DNA of 64,000 bases from a virus: positions 5,737 through 69,736 of the IMG/VR virus record IMGVR_UViG_3300020473_002010, one strand, 5' to 3'. This document shows positions 8,379 to 18,900 of this stretch, piece after piece (the stretch's first letter is position 1; the number at the start of each line of letters is the position of its first letter). The position numbers and the translations under genes were made by a program. The notes under the pieces are model-generated. The model worked only from the letters and a program-made list of their open reading frames with translations. It was not told where the DNA came from and did not search any database.

Positions 8379-9689
8379 TTGGAAAACAATAGAAAGCGTT
8401 TTATTTTAGATACAAGTGTACTTTTATATGACAAATCTGCTATTCATTCATTCCCAGGAAACGATGTTATTTTACCGCTTCAGGTTATGGACGAAATAGA
8501 CCGCTTTAAAGAAAAACCGGGTGTTGTTGGTGAAGCAGCGAGATATATCAATAGGTTTTTAGACGACCTTCGGGGAAGTGGTAGGCTTGATGTTGGAGTT
8601 GCTGTGGAGACTTCACTTTCAGAAGGGCAAACAGTTAAGATCACAATCGACGAAGACCTTTCGAAGTTACCTCGAGGACTAGCAAAAGATAGCGGTGATA
8701 ACAAAATATTGGCGACATGCATGTCAGAAAGAGAGCGTGAGGGCGGACCGCTAGTCGTTATTACTAAAGATATCAATCTACGGGTCAAGTGTGACGCTCT
8801 GGGGATCAGGGCTGAAGATTACTATAAAGACCACCTCGAAAGCTCTAACGTAGAATACAGGGGGCATAGAGAGGTTTTTGAACCAAAAAAAAATATTGAT
8901 GCATTTTATAAGGATGGGAAGCTTCGGCTTTCAGATCATGACCTTTTGCCAAATGAGTTTGTTGTTATGACAACAGGCGATAAAACCGGGTCCGCATTGG
9001 CAATGCACCGTGAGGATCATCTATACCCATTAGTAAAAAAGCCTGGACAGCTGATGAGTAACTTTGAAGCGAAGAATAAAGAGCAAGCATTTGCTGTTGA
9101 AGCCCTAATGCGAGATGAGGTAGAGCTTGTCACGTTAACAGGTTTGGCCGGGTCCGGTAAAACGTTTTTAGCACTGATGGCAGGCATTGATGGGGTACAG
9201 CAAGGCAAGTGGAAAAGAATAGTGGTTTCCAGATCCATACAGCCTGTCGGAAGGGATCTTGGGTACTTACCTGGGGATATGGATGATAAGATGCAACCGT
9301 GGCTCGCACCGATCACTGACAACTTTAGAACAATGTTAAGTGATAAAAACTTTACGTACTTTGAAATGATGAGAGATAAGGGCGAACTCGAGGTTGCACC
9401 GCTAGCCTATATTCGAGGTAGAACATTCAATGATTCATACGTTATTGTAGATGAGGCTCAAAACGCGACGGTACACGAGCTAAAGACAATCATAACCCGA
9501 ATTGGGAAAGGGTCCAAGATAGTTTTACTCGGCGACACGGATCAGATTGATACTCCTTATATCAACAAATTAAGCAATGGACTATCGATTGTGGTCCATA
9601 AATTTAGGGACAAAAACTCAGCCGCACACGTGCAATTAGAAAAAGGTCAAAGGTCTGATATAGCTTCGCTAGCTTCTTTAATTCTTTAA
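8379..9689 (+). CDS. phoH: PhoH family ATPase with N-terminal PIN domain (PhoH2/YlaK type)
   Basis: PIN motifs FILDTSVLL, DNKIL and TKDINLRVK; Walker A GLAGSGKT; GYLPGD, RGRTF, DEAQN and GDTDQID. TTG start after AAGGAG. Confidence 0.93.
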   Translation: MENNRKRFILDTSVLLYDKSAIHSFPGNDVILPLQVMDEIDRFKEKPGVVGEAARYINRFLDDLRGSGRLDVGVAVETSLSEGQTVKITIDEDLSKLPRGLAKDSGDNKILATCMSEREREGGPLVVITKDINLRVKCDALGIRAEDYYKDHLESSNVEYRGHREVFEPKKNIDAFYKDGKLRLSDHDLLPNEFVVMTTGDKTGSALAMHREDHLYPLVKKPGQLMSNFEAKNKEQAFAVEALMRDEVELVTLTGLAGSGKTFLALMAGIDGVQQGKWKRIVVSRSIQPVGRDLGYLPGDMDDKMQPWLAPITDNFRTMLSDKNFTYFEMMRDKGELEVAPLAYIRGRTFNDSYVIVDEAQNATVHELKTIITRIGKGSKIVLLGDTDQIDTPYINKLSNGLSIVVHKFRDKNSAAHVQLEKGQRSDIASLASLIL

Positions 9690-9701
9690 CTCTTCCCGTG
9701 C

Positions 9702-9709
9702 ATATTTAG
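9702..9709 (+). promoter_or_regulatory. Candidate phage late-promoter motif ATATTTAG
   Basis: Intergenic, 14 nt before the first gene of the fibre block. The same octamer precedes the baseplate block at 45227. Confidence 0.4.
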
Positions 9710-9723
9710 ATCAGAGGTGTCTG

Positions 9724-10086
9724 ATGGGAAGTACAAAGCTAAAAAAGATTGACAAGAATAGGTGGAGAAAGACCTACCCACGGTTTCGCAAGTTGCCAAT
9801 TACTTCCTACATGGGGGATGATGCGCTTGTTATCGAAACGCACGAAGTTAAATTCACTGACACTACAAAGGTTCTGTTTCACTTAAAAGAAAATTACGAC
9901 GGTGTACCAACTGTGTTGGTGACACCCTATAGTGATAGCTTTGATAGCGACATTAATGTTTGGGTATCGAAAGTAGAGATTGGAGGTACCGTTCCTCCCG
10001 GAAGCAAAAAATGTACGATCACTCTTGAGTGTAGTGCGAAATGGACGGGCACCGTATTCATACAGTCTATCAAGGCAGGATCATAA
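9724..10086 (+). CDS. Hypothetical beta-rich protein (possible virion component)
   Basis: RBS GAGGTG. PTVLVTP...DINVWV beta-sandwich-like pattern; heads the structural block. Confidence 0.6.
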   Translation: MGSTKLKKIDKNRWRKTYPRFRKLPITSYMGDDALVIETHEVKFTDTTKVLFHLKENYDGVPTVLVTPYSDSFDSDINVWVSKVEIGGTVPPGSKKCTITLECSAKWTGTVFIQSIKAGS

Positions 10087-10466
10087 TGAGCTCATGGCCG
10101 TATAGAGAGAGAATTTTAAGCGGAACGTTTCCACCGACGCCTAAAGTTTATTATGCACATAATGGGAATGGTGCGTTAACATTCGGTCTGATAGTTATTC
10201 CTGGCGGAAAGTCAGCTACGGCATGGCAATATTTACCACTTTCTGCTCATCCGAAAAGAGCAAGACCTAACATAATACTTACTCCATCAGGGAGCATTGC
10301 AAACGTAAATTCCTGGGTTGAGACAGAATATTCACCCACAGGATCAAATGGCTGGAGATGGAGAGCAAATTCATCTGCTACATCAACATCTGATATTAAT
10401 GAAGATGGTGTGGATGAAGACTGGTCCATCGCAATAAATTTTCAGATATTTTCAATGTGGGCATAA
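10086..10466 (+). CDS. Hypothetical protein (possible virion component)
   Basis: TAATG coupling with the previous gene (ATG 10086). PNIILTP...NVNSWV echoes the upstream ORF. Confidence 0.6.
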   Translation: MSSWPYRERILSGTFPPTPKVYYAHNGNGALTFGLIVIPGGKSATAWQYLPLSAHPKRARPNIILTPSGSIANVNSWVETEYSPTGSNGWRWRANSSATSTSDINEDGVDEDWSIAINFQIFSMWA

Positions 10467-10475
10467 GAGGAAAAA

Positions 10476-13400
10476 ATGGCAAAAGATTTTAGAGCAGACC
10501 AAATACGATTTCATACAATCCTTGCGTCAGGCACTATGTGGCCAAGACAAACAAGTGATACCCCGCCTAACCCCGGGTATTTGGACGGTAATGGTCACCC
10601 GCATCTGGGCATGGTCATCATGTCTGCTAGTGATGCCTATGACTACGAAGGTACGTTTAATCAATCTGGCAGAGATATGTTCAACCAATTTGGGCATGAG
10701 CCATGGCTCGTATTTTCTGGCGTTGCTAACACCACCACAAACGGTCGAGATGGGTGGGATAGACCAGACGTAGCCGGTGGATATCCGAAAGGTAGTGCTG
10801 TTCTATTCATGGGCGATGTCATTATCAGTGGTACTTTATTCGGAAAGCGGCAGGTCATTACTGTGGACAAAGATGTTCCCGGTGATTTTCACGTTATTGG
10901 TGATGCGTTTGTTTCTGGAGGCATCTTTGCAGGAGAAACCAAGTATCCCGATTCAACAACCCCCTTAGAAGATGCGTTTGTTGTGCAGCAGGGTGACGCT
11001 AATAATCCCCCAAGAATATCATTTAGAAAGATAAAGTGGTCAACCCGGCTCGCTTCATCGTGGACAGACACTTACAAAGATTGCTTCCTTGTATTCTCTG
11101 GTGCCAAAGATGGTAAGGATGGTAACGCTGGTAGCATAGCACTGTTCGAAGGTGACGTGCATATCTCTGGTAACATAACAGGGGATGGCTCTGGATTCTA
11201 CGCTCCAGACGAAAATCTCATACTTAATAATTCTGCAAGCTGGTATAATCAAACTAATACATGGTGGGGAGAAGTTGGTACGGATCGAGGACCTGCTTTC
11301 GGTCATGCAACAACCGGTACGTATGCAAGAATTAGCAATGACGGCGGTAGCTCATGGATTGACGCAGGCACAGGCCCATCTACTAGACCTTATTATATCG
11401 AGCAAGACAGGTGGAGCATTTCAGGGTCAGCTGACTCAAGCATAAGCTTCGGTGGCGTAAATCGTGCGGTGCCATCGCACTGGTACTCTGATTTCATTAA
11501 CTCAAGCTCAGTAGATACAGGAGCCAAAAAAGGTGGATTTAGATTCTTGGTTGGTGGGGATGGACTGCATGCTGCTGCTCCCGGAGGTTTTGCAGCAGCG
11601 AATAGAAGCGTATTTACGATATCTGGTTCTGGTGATATTGCTCTTGACCCGTATAAGTCGCTTGTTTTTGATTCACAGGCAAACTCAGCTCTAACAATCA
11701 CTCATATTAAGGGCCCAACCCTCGCAGATCCTCAAACAAACCATGCTCTAAGGTTTACAGCTGCAACAACATACCCGGTCCACTATAATTTTGTAAGGGG
11801 TGAAGTTACAGGGTCAGGAGGGTTCCATCTCCCTAACCTGCAAAATGCTCACTCTGCCAACACTCGAGACGGACAGCAGGGTCAGCTTAGCGGGATTACA
11901 TTCCAGGGTGAGGCAGACTCAACCGCGAACCCGGCGGTCGAAGACACACGTCCCGATGTGGCGATTTTCTACCAAAAAGCAGCGAACTCACACCCGCAAC
12001 ACCCACAAATTAAACCCAAAACGTTCATTATAACTGCCTCTCATACAGATTCCAGTGTATGGATTGGAGCAGGTAACGACCTTATGCTAAAAGCGGACGA
12101 CGACACATTCGTCCAGGCTCATGATGATGTATGGGTCATAGCTGGATCTGATCCAAACGAGAGTAATGGCGAAGTCAAAATGATGTCTCGTGCAGGATCG
12201 TTTATATTCGGCAATAGAGGGGGATTGGCTGACACGGTATCTACCGAAAATATCTTTCAGATCACTCATAACTCTGCCGACCCAACGGATACTGCTAAAG
12301 AAGGCGGATACACTGTGCAGCTCAACTCAAGTGGCTCGACAGTCGGCGGTGATCCAAGCACGGCCAGCTACTTGATGTTTAGTGGGTCTGGAGACAAGGG
12401 CGCACACACTATTAAGACCGTCGACCAAAGTGGGGTAGGCTCCGAGCTTGGTCACTTGACGATATTCCCTGATGGTCGATTGATCATGTCAGGAACAAAG
12501 CACGTATCAATCGATTCCGCTGGGGCTGCTGGTTCGGATTCGAAAATCCGCATCGCGACGAAAAACAACGCCCAGTCTGTTGAAATAGGTGGAGAGACCG
12601 GTGCGGGTGACGTTAAGAAAATGTACTTCAGGGCACAGGAGCTTTATGTAGAAACGGAAGATAAGAGTTATTCTGGTGGTGGCGAGCAGCACGGTATTAA
12701 AATGCTCTCATCCACAACGCTACAAATGACTGGGTCAACGAACGCTGGTATCACGGCAACATCAGGTCAGGCGCATATTAACGCAAAGAGTGCCAATGGT
12801 ATTATTCACCTCCGCGCAGACTCGACCGCAGAAGGTGTCCAAATTGCGCGTCAATTGACGGATGGTACTACTGCTGCCAATATTCCTGTATTTATTGGAG
12901 GTTCAACTTCTACTGTCACGATTGGTAATGACTTAAGCGTTGGAACGGTAGCTCACTCCGGTAGCGTAGACGTTTGGGGTGACTTGACTGTTCACGGTAA
13001 CTTTATTAAAGGTCACGTCATAACAGCCTCCATGGAAGATCCGCTCTTAATGCTGAACTCTGGCTCTAAAGTCGGCGGATCTGGTGGTGGTATTGCGATC
13101 GCTTCTGGTTCAAGCGCTGTCTTCACAAACGCACAAGGTAACTGGAACTACTCGATGGTATTTGGTAGAGATACCGTAAATCATGGTGGCGATCGCGACA
13201 CATTCCTTGCTGGAAGAATGGATACCGAGGATGGGCTAAAAATCAGTCTTGACGGAGCGGTACCTATTGACATGAGGGCCGCTGGGTACAGAACAGTTGC
13301 TGGAATGACAATGACCGCATCACAGGTTCCAGGTGAGTCTATATACACAGTAAGAGCAGGTAATACTGGAAGCGCTGGACGGCTCGTGCTGCATGCAGGT

Positions 13401-15905
13401 ACTACAGACGGCGGAGCAAATCTTGGGCCCTTCTCGCTGAGCGGCTCTTACTTCACGTTCAGCCCAGGCTCTAAGATATACTTGGATAATACTGCAAATG
13501 ACGTGTATTTTAGGTCTCAGCAGGGCGGTACAAACCAGAGACTAGACCTGAATCTTAAAAATGCACTCAGGTTAACTGGACAACCGAATATTCAATTTTA
13601 CGCCAGTGAATTCCAGATTCGGCACGGTCACAGCTCAGCAGATCCTACAGATGTGTTGATGCTAAAGGCTGACGCGCATCCTCTTGTCTTTTCTGGATCA
13701 GATTATTCTTTCGATATGGCAAGTGGCGAGTACATGTGGTGGAACGAGCACGCTACAGACTATACTAGATGGAACATCGCCTCCAACCAGGTCCAACTTG
13801 ACATGGGCAGCGCGATGACAGGATTTAAGATCCTCGGCGCGACCAAGAAAATCTTTTTTAACTCAGATAGCAAGTATATAAAAGGCGATGGCCAAGTATC
13901 TAGTGGGGACCTTACCTATTCTTCGGCGCAGACGGCAACTGTTAAAACAACTGGCTATGCACAATCTGTTGAGATATTCGCCGCAGATGCTAACGAGTTA
14001 CTTGCCACTAAGAATAATAGGGGTACCGGCGCTGTTCTTATCTTTACTTCATCCGCCACTGGGGCTCCGGATAAGGGGTACGCATCACTGGGTTATAGCA
14101 CCGAAGAGCTTGACAGCGGGATGTTCACGGATAAGAATGAAGATGTCACGTTAATATTCTCTGGTTCAGCAGGTAACTTACCACTTAAACACCACCGCGG
14201 AACGTCATTATTCACCGGTGATGTCGTCATATCAGGAAGCATGGCTGTCGGTGAATACATTTACCACGATGGTAATGAAAGCGCAGTAAGCGGCGCGCCC
14301 CGGACAGCGATCAGGCTACAAGATCGAGTCATAAGCTTGATTGCATCAGGTACAAATATTCTTGAGGTTGAGGGTATTGGAGATAAGTTCGCCACCTTCA
14401 ACGGCAATAGCGGGCAAGTTAGTACTCAAATCAAAGGCTACTCTGCCGGAGACGACAAACCGATAATGTTGGCCTTGGCACATGATTCGAGCAACCGGGC
14501 AACATTCTTCAATCCACTCACAACACTCGACCCCGATGTCGATCCAGCAAACGGCCATGATGTCCTTCTGTTCTTCAGTGGAGCGATGGGAAGTAAGTAT
14601 CAGGCAGGTGATACAGATGCGGCTGTCAGAGCAACAGCACTCTTCGGTGGCGACGTTTATGTTTCGGGTACTTTAGGCGCAGGAACAGTGGACCTTGCAA
14701 ACCTTACCTTAACGGATACAAATCCGTATCTTCGATTCTATGATGCTAATACATACATCAAGAAAGACGGCACAAACCTTAATTTCTATGATGCTGCACT
14801 GGGGACTGTCAAATCATTGACACAGCTGGCCAGCTTGTCAGTTAGTGATGACCTGTTTAGCGTAACAAGGACTGCTCTTAACGTACCGAATTACGGGATG
14901 TCCACTGGATCGTTCTCTTTTGATAGCGGATTTAACGGTTATTCAGACAACAACCCGCGACCCACAAACTTGGTAAGCGATAATAATACTGGCGCTGGAA
15001 ATACTGACGTATACTTCTTCGTTAGTGGCGCTGTTGGTATGAAGGCTCGAGCGCCGGCAGATATTGCAAACCAGCTAAACAGAAGGTCTGTTGCTCTATT
15101 TGGTGGTGATGTTCACATTTCAGGAACGCTTACGAGCAATAATACCTCATTCGGTGCATCTTCACTTGACAAGTGCTATGACACCAACGCCGCCGGGGAA
15201 GAAGAAGCGGGCGGTGGTCGCAGAATCATAGCAGACGCGGAAAAAGTAGAAATTCAAAGAACCACTACGAACGCTATTGCTAGTCACCACTTATTCGGTG
15301 TAACAGGGTCTGCAAACTTTGGACAAATAAAAATAGCACCCATAGTGGACGCTGATGGATTCTACACATACGGTGGGGTATTCGTTACAGGAAGTGCTGG
15401 AAGACTTGGGTTCGGAGTAGGTGGCTCAACAGCAACAGACGTAGCATTCTCTGTTAACTCTAATAATAATATCGAGATCGGCGGTACCGGAGGAAACAGT
15501 AGAAAGCTCTACTGGGATCCAAACGAAAACAGCACGTTTATTCGATACACGAACACAAATAGCTCTAATCCTGGTCCAAAGATATTACATTTTGCGAACA
15601 GGACAGCTGATGGCCGGATTAGTTTTTCAATGGGCTCAGGCGGTACCATTACTGGTACAAATCAAGGGACCGGTTTTGAGGGCCACATTGCAGTTTCTGG
15701 CAGCATACTCCCGGGATACGATAATGAGTACAATCTTGGTAGTCCCTCCACTAGATGGGCCAACCTTTATACCGGTGACCTCCACCTTCGAAATGAACGA
15801 GGCGACTGGACGATCTACGAGGAAAGAGACATGCTAGTTGTCGTAAATAATATAACAGGAAAAAGATACAAGATGGGGCTTACACCCTTGGAGGATGACG
15901 AGTAA
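10476..15905 (+). CDS. Large tail-fibre-like virion protein (1809 aa)
   Basis: Gly/Ser/Thr-rich beta repeats and five F/LxxSG...LFxGDVxxSG modules. The C-terminal ILPGYDNEYNLGSPSTRWANLYTGDLHL...WTI...TGKRYKM resembles termini of aquatic myophage fibres. Confidence 0.7.
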   Translation: MAKDFRADQIRFHTILASGTMWPRQTSDTPPNPGYLDGNGHPHLGMVIMSASDAYDYEGTFNQSGRDMFNQFGHEPWLVFSGVANTTTNGRDGWDRPDVAGGYPKGSAVLFMGDVIISGTLFGKRQVITVDKDVPGDFHVIGDAFVSGGIFAGETKYPDSTTPLEDAFVVQQGDANNPPRISFRKIKWSTRLASSWTDTYKDCFLVFSGAKDGKDGNAGSIALFEGDVHISGNITGDGSGFYAPDENLILNNSASWYNQTNTWWGEVGTDRGPAFGHATTGTYARISNDGGSSWIDAGTGPSTRPYYIEQDRWSISGSADSSISFGGVNRAVPSHWYSDFINSSSVDTGAKKGGFRFLVGGDGLHAAAPGGFAAANRSVFTISGSGDIALDPYKSLVFDSQANSALTITHIKGPTLADPQTNHALRFTAATTYPVHYNFVRGEVTGSGGFHLPNLQNAHSANTRDGQQGQLSGITFQGEADSTANPAVEDTRPDVAIFYQKAANSHPQHPQIKPKTFIITASHTDSSVWIGAGNDLMLKADDDTFVQAHDDVWVIAGSDPNESNGEVKMMSRAGSFIFGNRGGLADTVSTENIFQITHNSADPTDTAKEGGYTVQLNSSGSTVGGDPSTASYLMFSGSGDKGAHTIKTVDQSGVGSELGHLTIFPDGRLIMSGTKHVSIDSAGAAGSDSKIRIATKNNAQSVEIGGETGAGDVKKMYFRAQELYVETEDKSYSGGGEQHGIKMLSSTTLQMTGSTNAGITATSGQAHINAKSANGIIHLRADSTAEGVQIARQLTDGTTAANIPVFIGGSTSTVTIGNDLSVGTVAHSGSVDVWGDLTVHGNFIKGHVITASMEDPLLMLNSGSKVGGSGGGIAIASGSSAVFTNAQGNWNYSMVFGRDTVNHGGDRDTFLAGRMDTEDGLKISLDGAVPIDMRAAGYRTVAGMTMTASQVPGESIYTVRAGNTGSAGRLVLHAGTTDGGANLGPFSLSGSYFTFSPGSKIYLDNTANDVYFRSQQGGTNQRLDLNLKNALRLTGQPNIQFYASEFQIRHGHSSADPTDVLMLKADAHPLVFSGSDYSFDMASGEYMWWNEHATDYTRWNIASNQVQLDMGSAMTGFKILGATKKIFFNSDSKYIKGDGQVSSGDLTYSSAQTATVKTTGYAQSVEIFAADANELLATKNNRGTGAVLIFTSSATGAPDKGYASLGYSTEELDSGMFTDKNEDVTLIFSGSAGNLPLKHHRGTSLFTGDVVISGSMAVGEYIYHDGNESAVSGAPRTAIRLQDRVISLIASGTNILEVEGIGDKFATFNGNSGQVSTQIKGYSAGDDKPIMLALAHDSSNRATFFNPLTTLDPDVDPANGHDVLLFFSGAMGSKYQAGDTDAAVRATALFGGDVYVSGTLGAGTVDLANLTLTDTNPYLRFYDANTYIKKDGTNLNFYDAALGTVKSLTQLASLSVSDDLFSVTRTALNVPNYGMSTGSFSFDSGFNGYSDNNPRPTNLVSDNNTGAGNTDVYFFVSGAVGMKARAPADIANQLNRRSVALFGGDVHISGTLTSNNTSFGASSLDKCYDTNAAGEEEAGGGRRIIADAEKVEIQRTTTNAIASHHLFGVTGSANFGQIKIAPIVDADGFYTYGGVFVTGSAGRLGFGVGGSTATDVAFSVNSNNNIEIGGTGGNSRKLYWDPNENSTFIRYTNTNSSNPGPKILHFANRTADGRISFSMGSGGTITGTNQGTGFEGHIAVSGSILPGYDNEYNLGSPSTRWANLYTGDLHLRNERGDWTIYEERDMLVVVNNITGKRYKMGLTPLEDDE

Positions 15906-18900
15906 TGCCGATATTTACAACGCAAGTTTCAGGCTCAACATATACCCATTTATCTGGTACAATTAGTTTATCAGGCTCTCATTATAACGATGTAGCTGGT
16001 GCGCTAAACCCACCTTTGTTTCAAGTTACGGGTAGTGTTGGAATTGAAAGAAACCTTAGGGTGTCAGGCTCTCTTATGGTCTCTTCCAGCCTATTGATAT
16101 CAGGTACAGCAAGATTTGACAGTCGAGCGGGTGGTGTACAAGCATATTTCACAGATAAAAGAGGTCACGCTGAAACACAGATTGCATCCTCTAACGGAGG
16201 TTCGCTCCGGATTCAGCATGCTGATGTCTTTGCGTATGGTGTATTCGCCCCAACAGTAAAGCTTTATAAATCTAGAGGGACATTAGACAGTCCTACACCC
16301 CTTAACGACGGTGATAGAATCGGAAACATTGAATTTTGGGCTTACGACAATTCGTGGGAGCGAAGTGCAATGATTACTGTTAATGCAACCGCTAATCACG
16401 GCGATGATTCCACCGATGTTCCGTCAAATATGCAATTTTTCGTAGCTGAAGATGGACAAACAGCATACAATTCTACTCCTGCGCTTACATTAATTAATTC
16501 TGGTTCCGGGACCGGTGGACTAGTAGCACATACAGGTGGAAATCTCCGCGTCGGTGGAAATGAAATCGAGAATAGCGACGGAGAAACGACAATCATTATG
16601 ACCGCCGACCAAAAAGTCGGCATTGGGCCGGATCCTGGAGGTTCATGGCCCTCATACATGCTAGATGTTAATGGAGATATCCGAATCCGCGGAAATGATA
16701 TAAGAAATAGCGACGGTGAGGTGACTATTTCCATGGACGCTGATCAAAATGTAACCATTGGAAACGATTTAACGGTCACTGGAAATGTTATTAGAGCATC
16801 AGATGGTGGATCAACTATCACAATGGACGATTCCGACAACGTAACTATTGGAAATGATTTAACGGTTGGTGGAAATGTTATTAGAGCATCAGATGGTGGT
16901 TCAACTATTACGATGGACACCAGCGATAATGTAACCCTAGCCGGTAATCTAGACCTTGCAAAAAGCGGAGCAACTTTATTAACAATAGGCGATGACTCTG
17001 ATGGCGATAATCGTAAGATCACGTTTGGTCATGCAACTTGTAAGACCGTAATGGGAATTTATGACACCGACGACAAATTTCAAATTCATACTGGCGCAGA
17101 TCTTGCATCTGGTGCCGATTTTGAGTTAGATAATTCTGGGAATGTTACCATTGGTAACGGTAGTTTATATGTCGATGGTGAAGTCTGGGGTAAAGGTACA
17201 ACGCAGCTTAAACTGAATTCCAACGCTGACGTTATAGTAAAGGTAGATGCAGACAACAATCAAGGTGGTAAAAAGTTCAAGGTTAATAATCATTCTGATA
17301 CCGAGAAGTTCTCTGTTTCGATGGCAGGTGTTGCTTCGGCTGCCGGTGCGATTTATGCTGGTGGCAATGCGCGGATAAGTGGTTCTATTTATCTTGATGA
17401 TGGCGGCATGTTTATGGGTATGTCTTCTAACGACCTGCAAGTTACATCAAAGGGTAATATTGAATTCTTTGTTGATAATGATGTAACAACTCCGGGTAAC
17501 AGCTCATTCCTCATATACTCTGGCTCCACAACAAACACCATACCACTATTCGCTGTTACTGAAGCTGACGGTGTTGATGTCGGCACGACCCTGATTGGTG
17601 GAGACCTAAAAGTCGGTCAAAATAGAATCCTGAGCTCTGATAATACGGAAGCTTTGTACTTATCTGGTTCAGGAAACGTTGTTGTTAAGGGGGAGCTAGA
17701 AGTTGTAGGAGGAATTGTTACAGCACCATCGGTGCTAGCCAACGCTGCGGTATCCCCAAGCGAGGACAAATGGATTAGGATTGCAACAGCTAATTCTGAT
17801 ATAGACCAGAACAATAAACAGCTATCCTCAACGTTCCTCGTCACAATGGTCGGGGTTGAATACACTACGACGTTTAATGCAGATTCTACATTTTTAGTTC
17901 ACGTTGAGTGGGTTGCCAGGAGCACAGCGCCATATTACGATAGCGATGGTACTTCTATAACGGTTGATACACTGTCTGGGACGGCAGACCTCGAGGACTT
18001 CGACCCTTCCACCGATGTTGCAATTACTTTCTCGAACTCAGAGACCCCAACACAAGTTGACCTCTGGATGAAGTATAATGAGAGTCATCGTTCTTGTTAT
18101 ACTTCTATTTTGGGAGGGACTACACAGGTATCTTCGAATTACATTATTGAAGGCTTTACGTTGTTAACTGGACAGTCCAATGAGAATTCGATAACAAGCT
18201 TAGGTCAAGAAGTGTATGGAACCTGGATGGACAAATCCTACAATAACGTACACGTCAGCAAAATATACTCTGAGTTTCCCTCAGGCGGACAGCAGGTCTT
18301 AAGCTTTAGCGGGTCGAACATAAACAGCAATGCAACAAATCCTGTTAGTATCGTGGGAACTGGCACCGGCGTAACTCCTTACCTTATGATTACCAGTAGG
18401 GCTACAGGTGTCGACAGCGGACCTGAATTCAATATGAGGAAATATGCCAGTGACGGAACGCTTGTAGAGGGCGAAAATCTTGGTGAGATTAGATTCATGG
18501 CAGCCACCGGATCAGCACCTCATGGATTTGATGATGAAACCTATGAGAATGGTGCTGTCATTATTGCTGAGGTGGGAACAGGTACATGGGAAACAGGAAG
18601 CAGTCCAGGTAGGCTAAGGTTCTTCACCAATGAGGATGGGTCAAATACGCTCCGCGAGAGACTTGCGATTGAGTCCGATGGAGAAATTACTTTTCCAAGA
18701 GGTGGCTTTCCTGGCTTGGTTATTGGCTATACAGCTGTCGATTCGTCTGCCCTTGGAAACATGAACGTGACAACAACCATGGACTACATTCAGGAAGGAT
18801 CCGGCGATAGAGCTGACGTTACTTTTACTGCGCCACCAAGCGGTAATGTAGAAATTGAATGGAGCGGATACATTAGGTGTACTTCTGACACAGCAGCATG

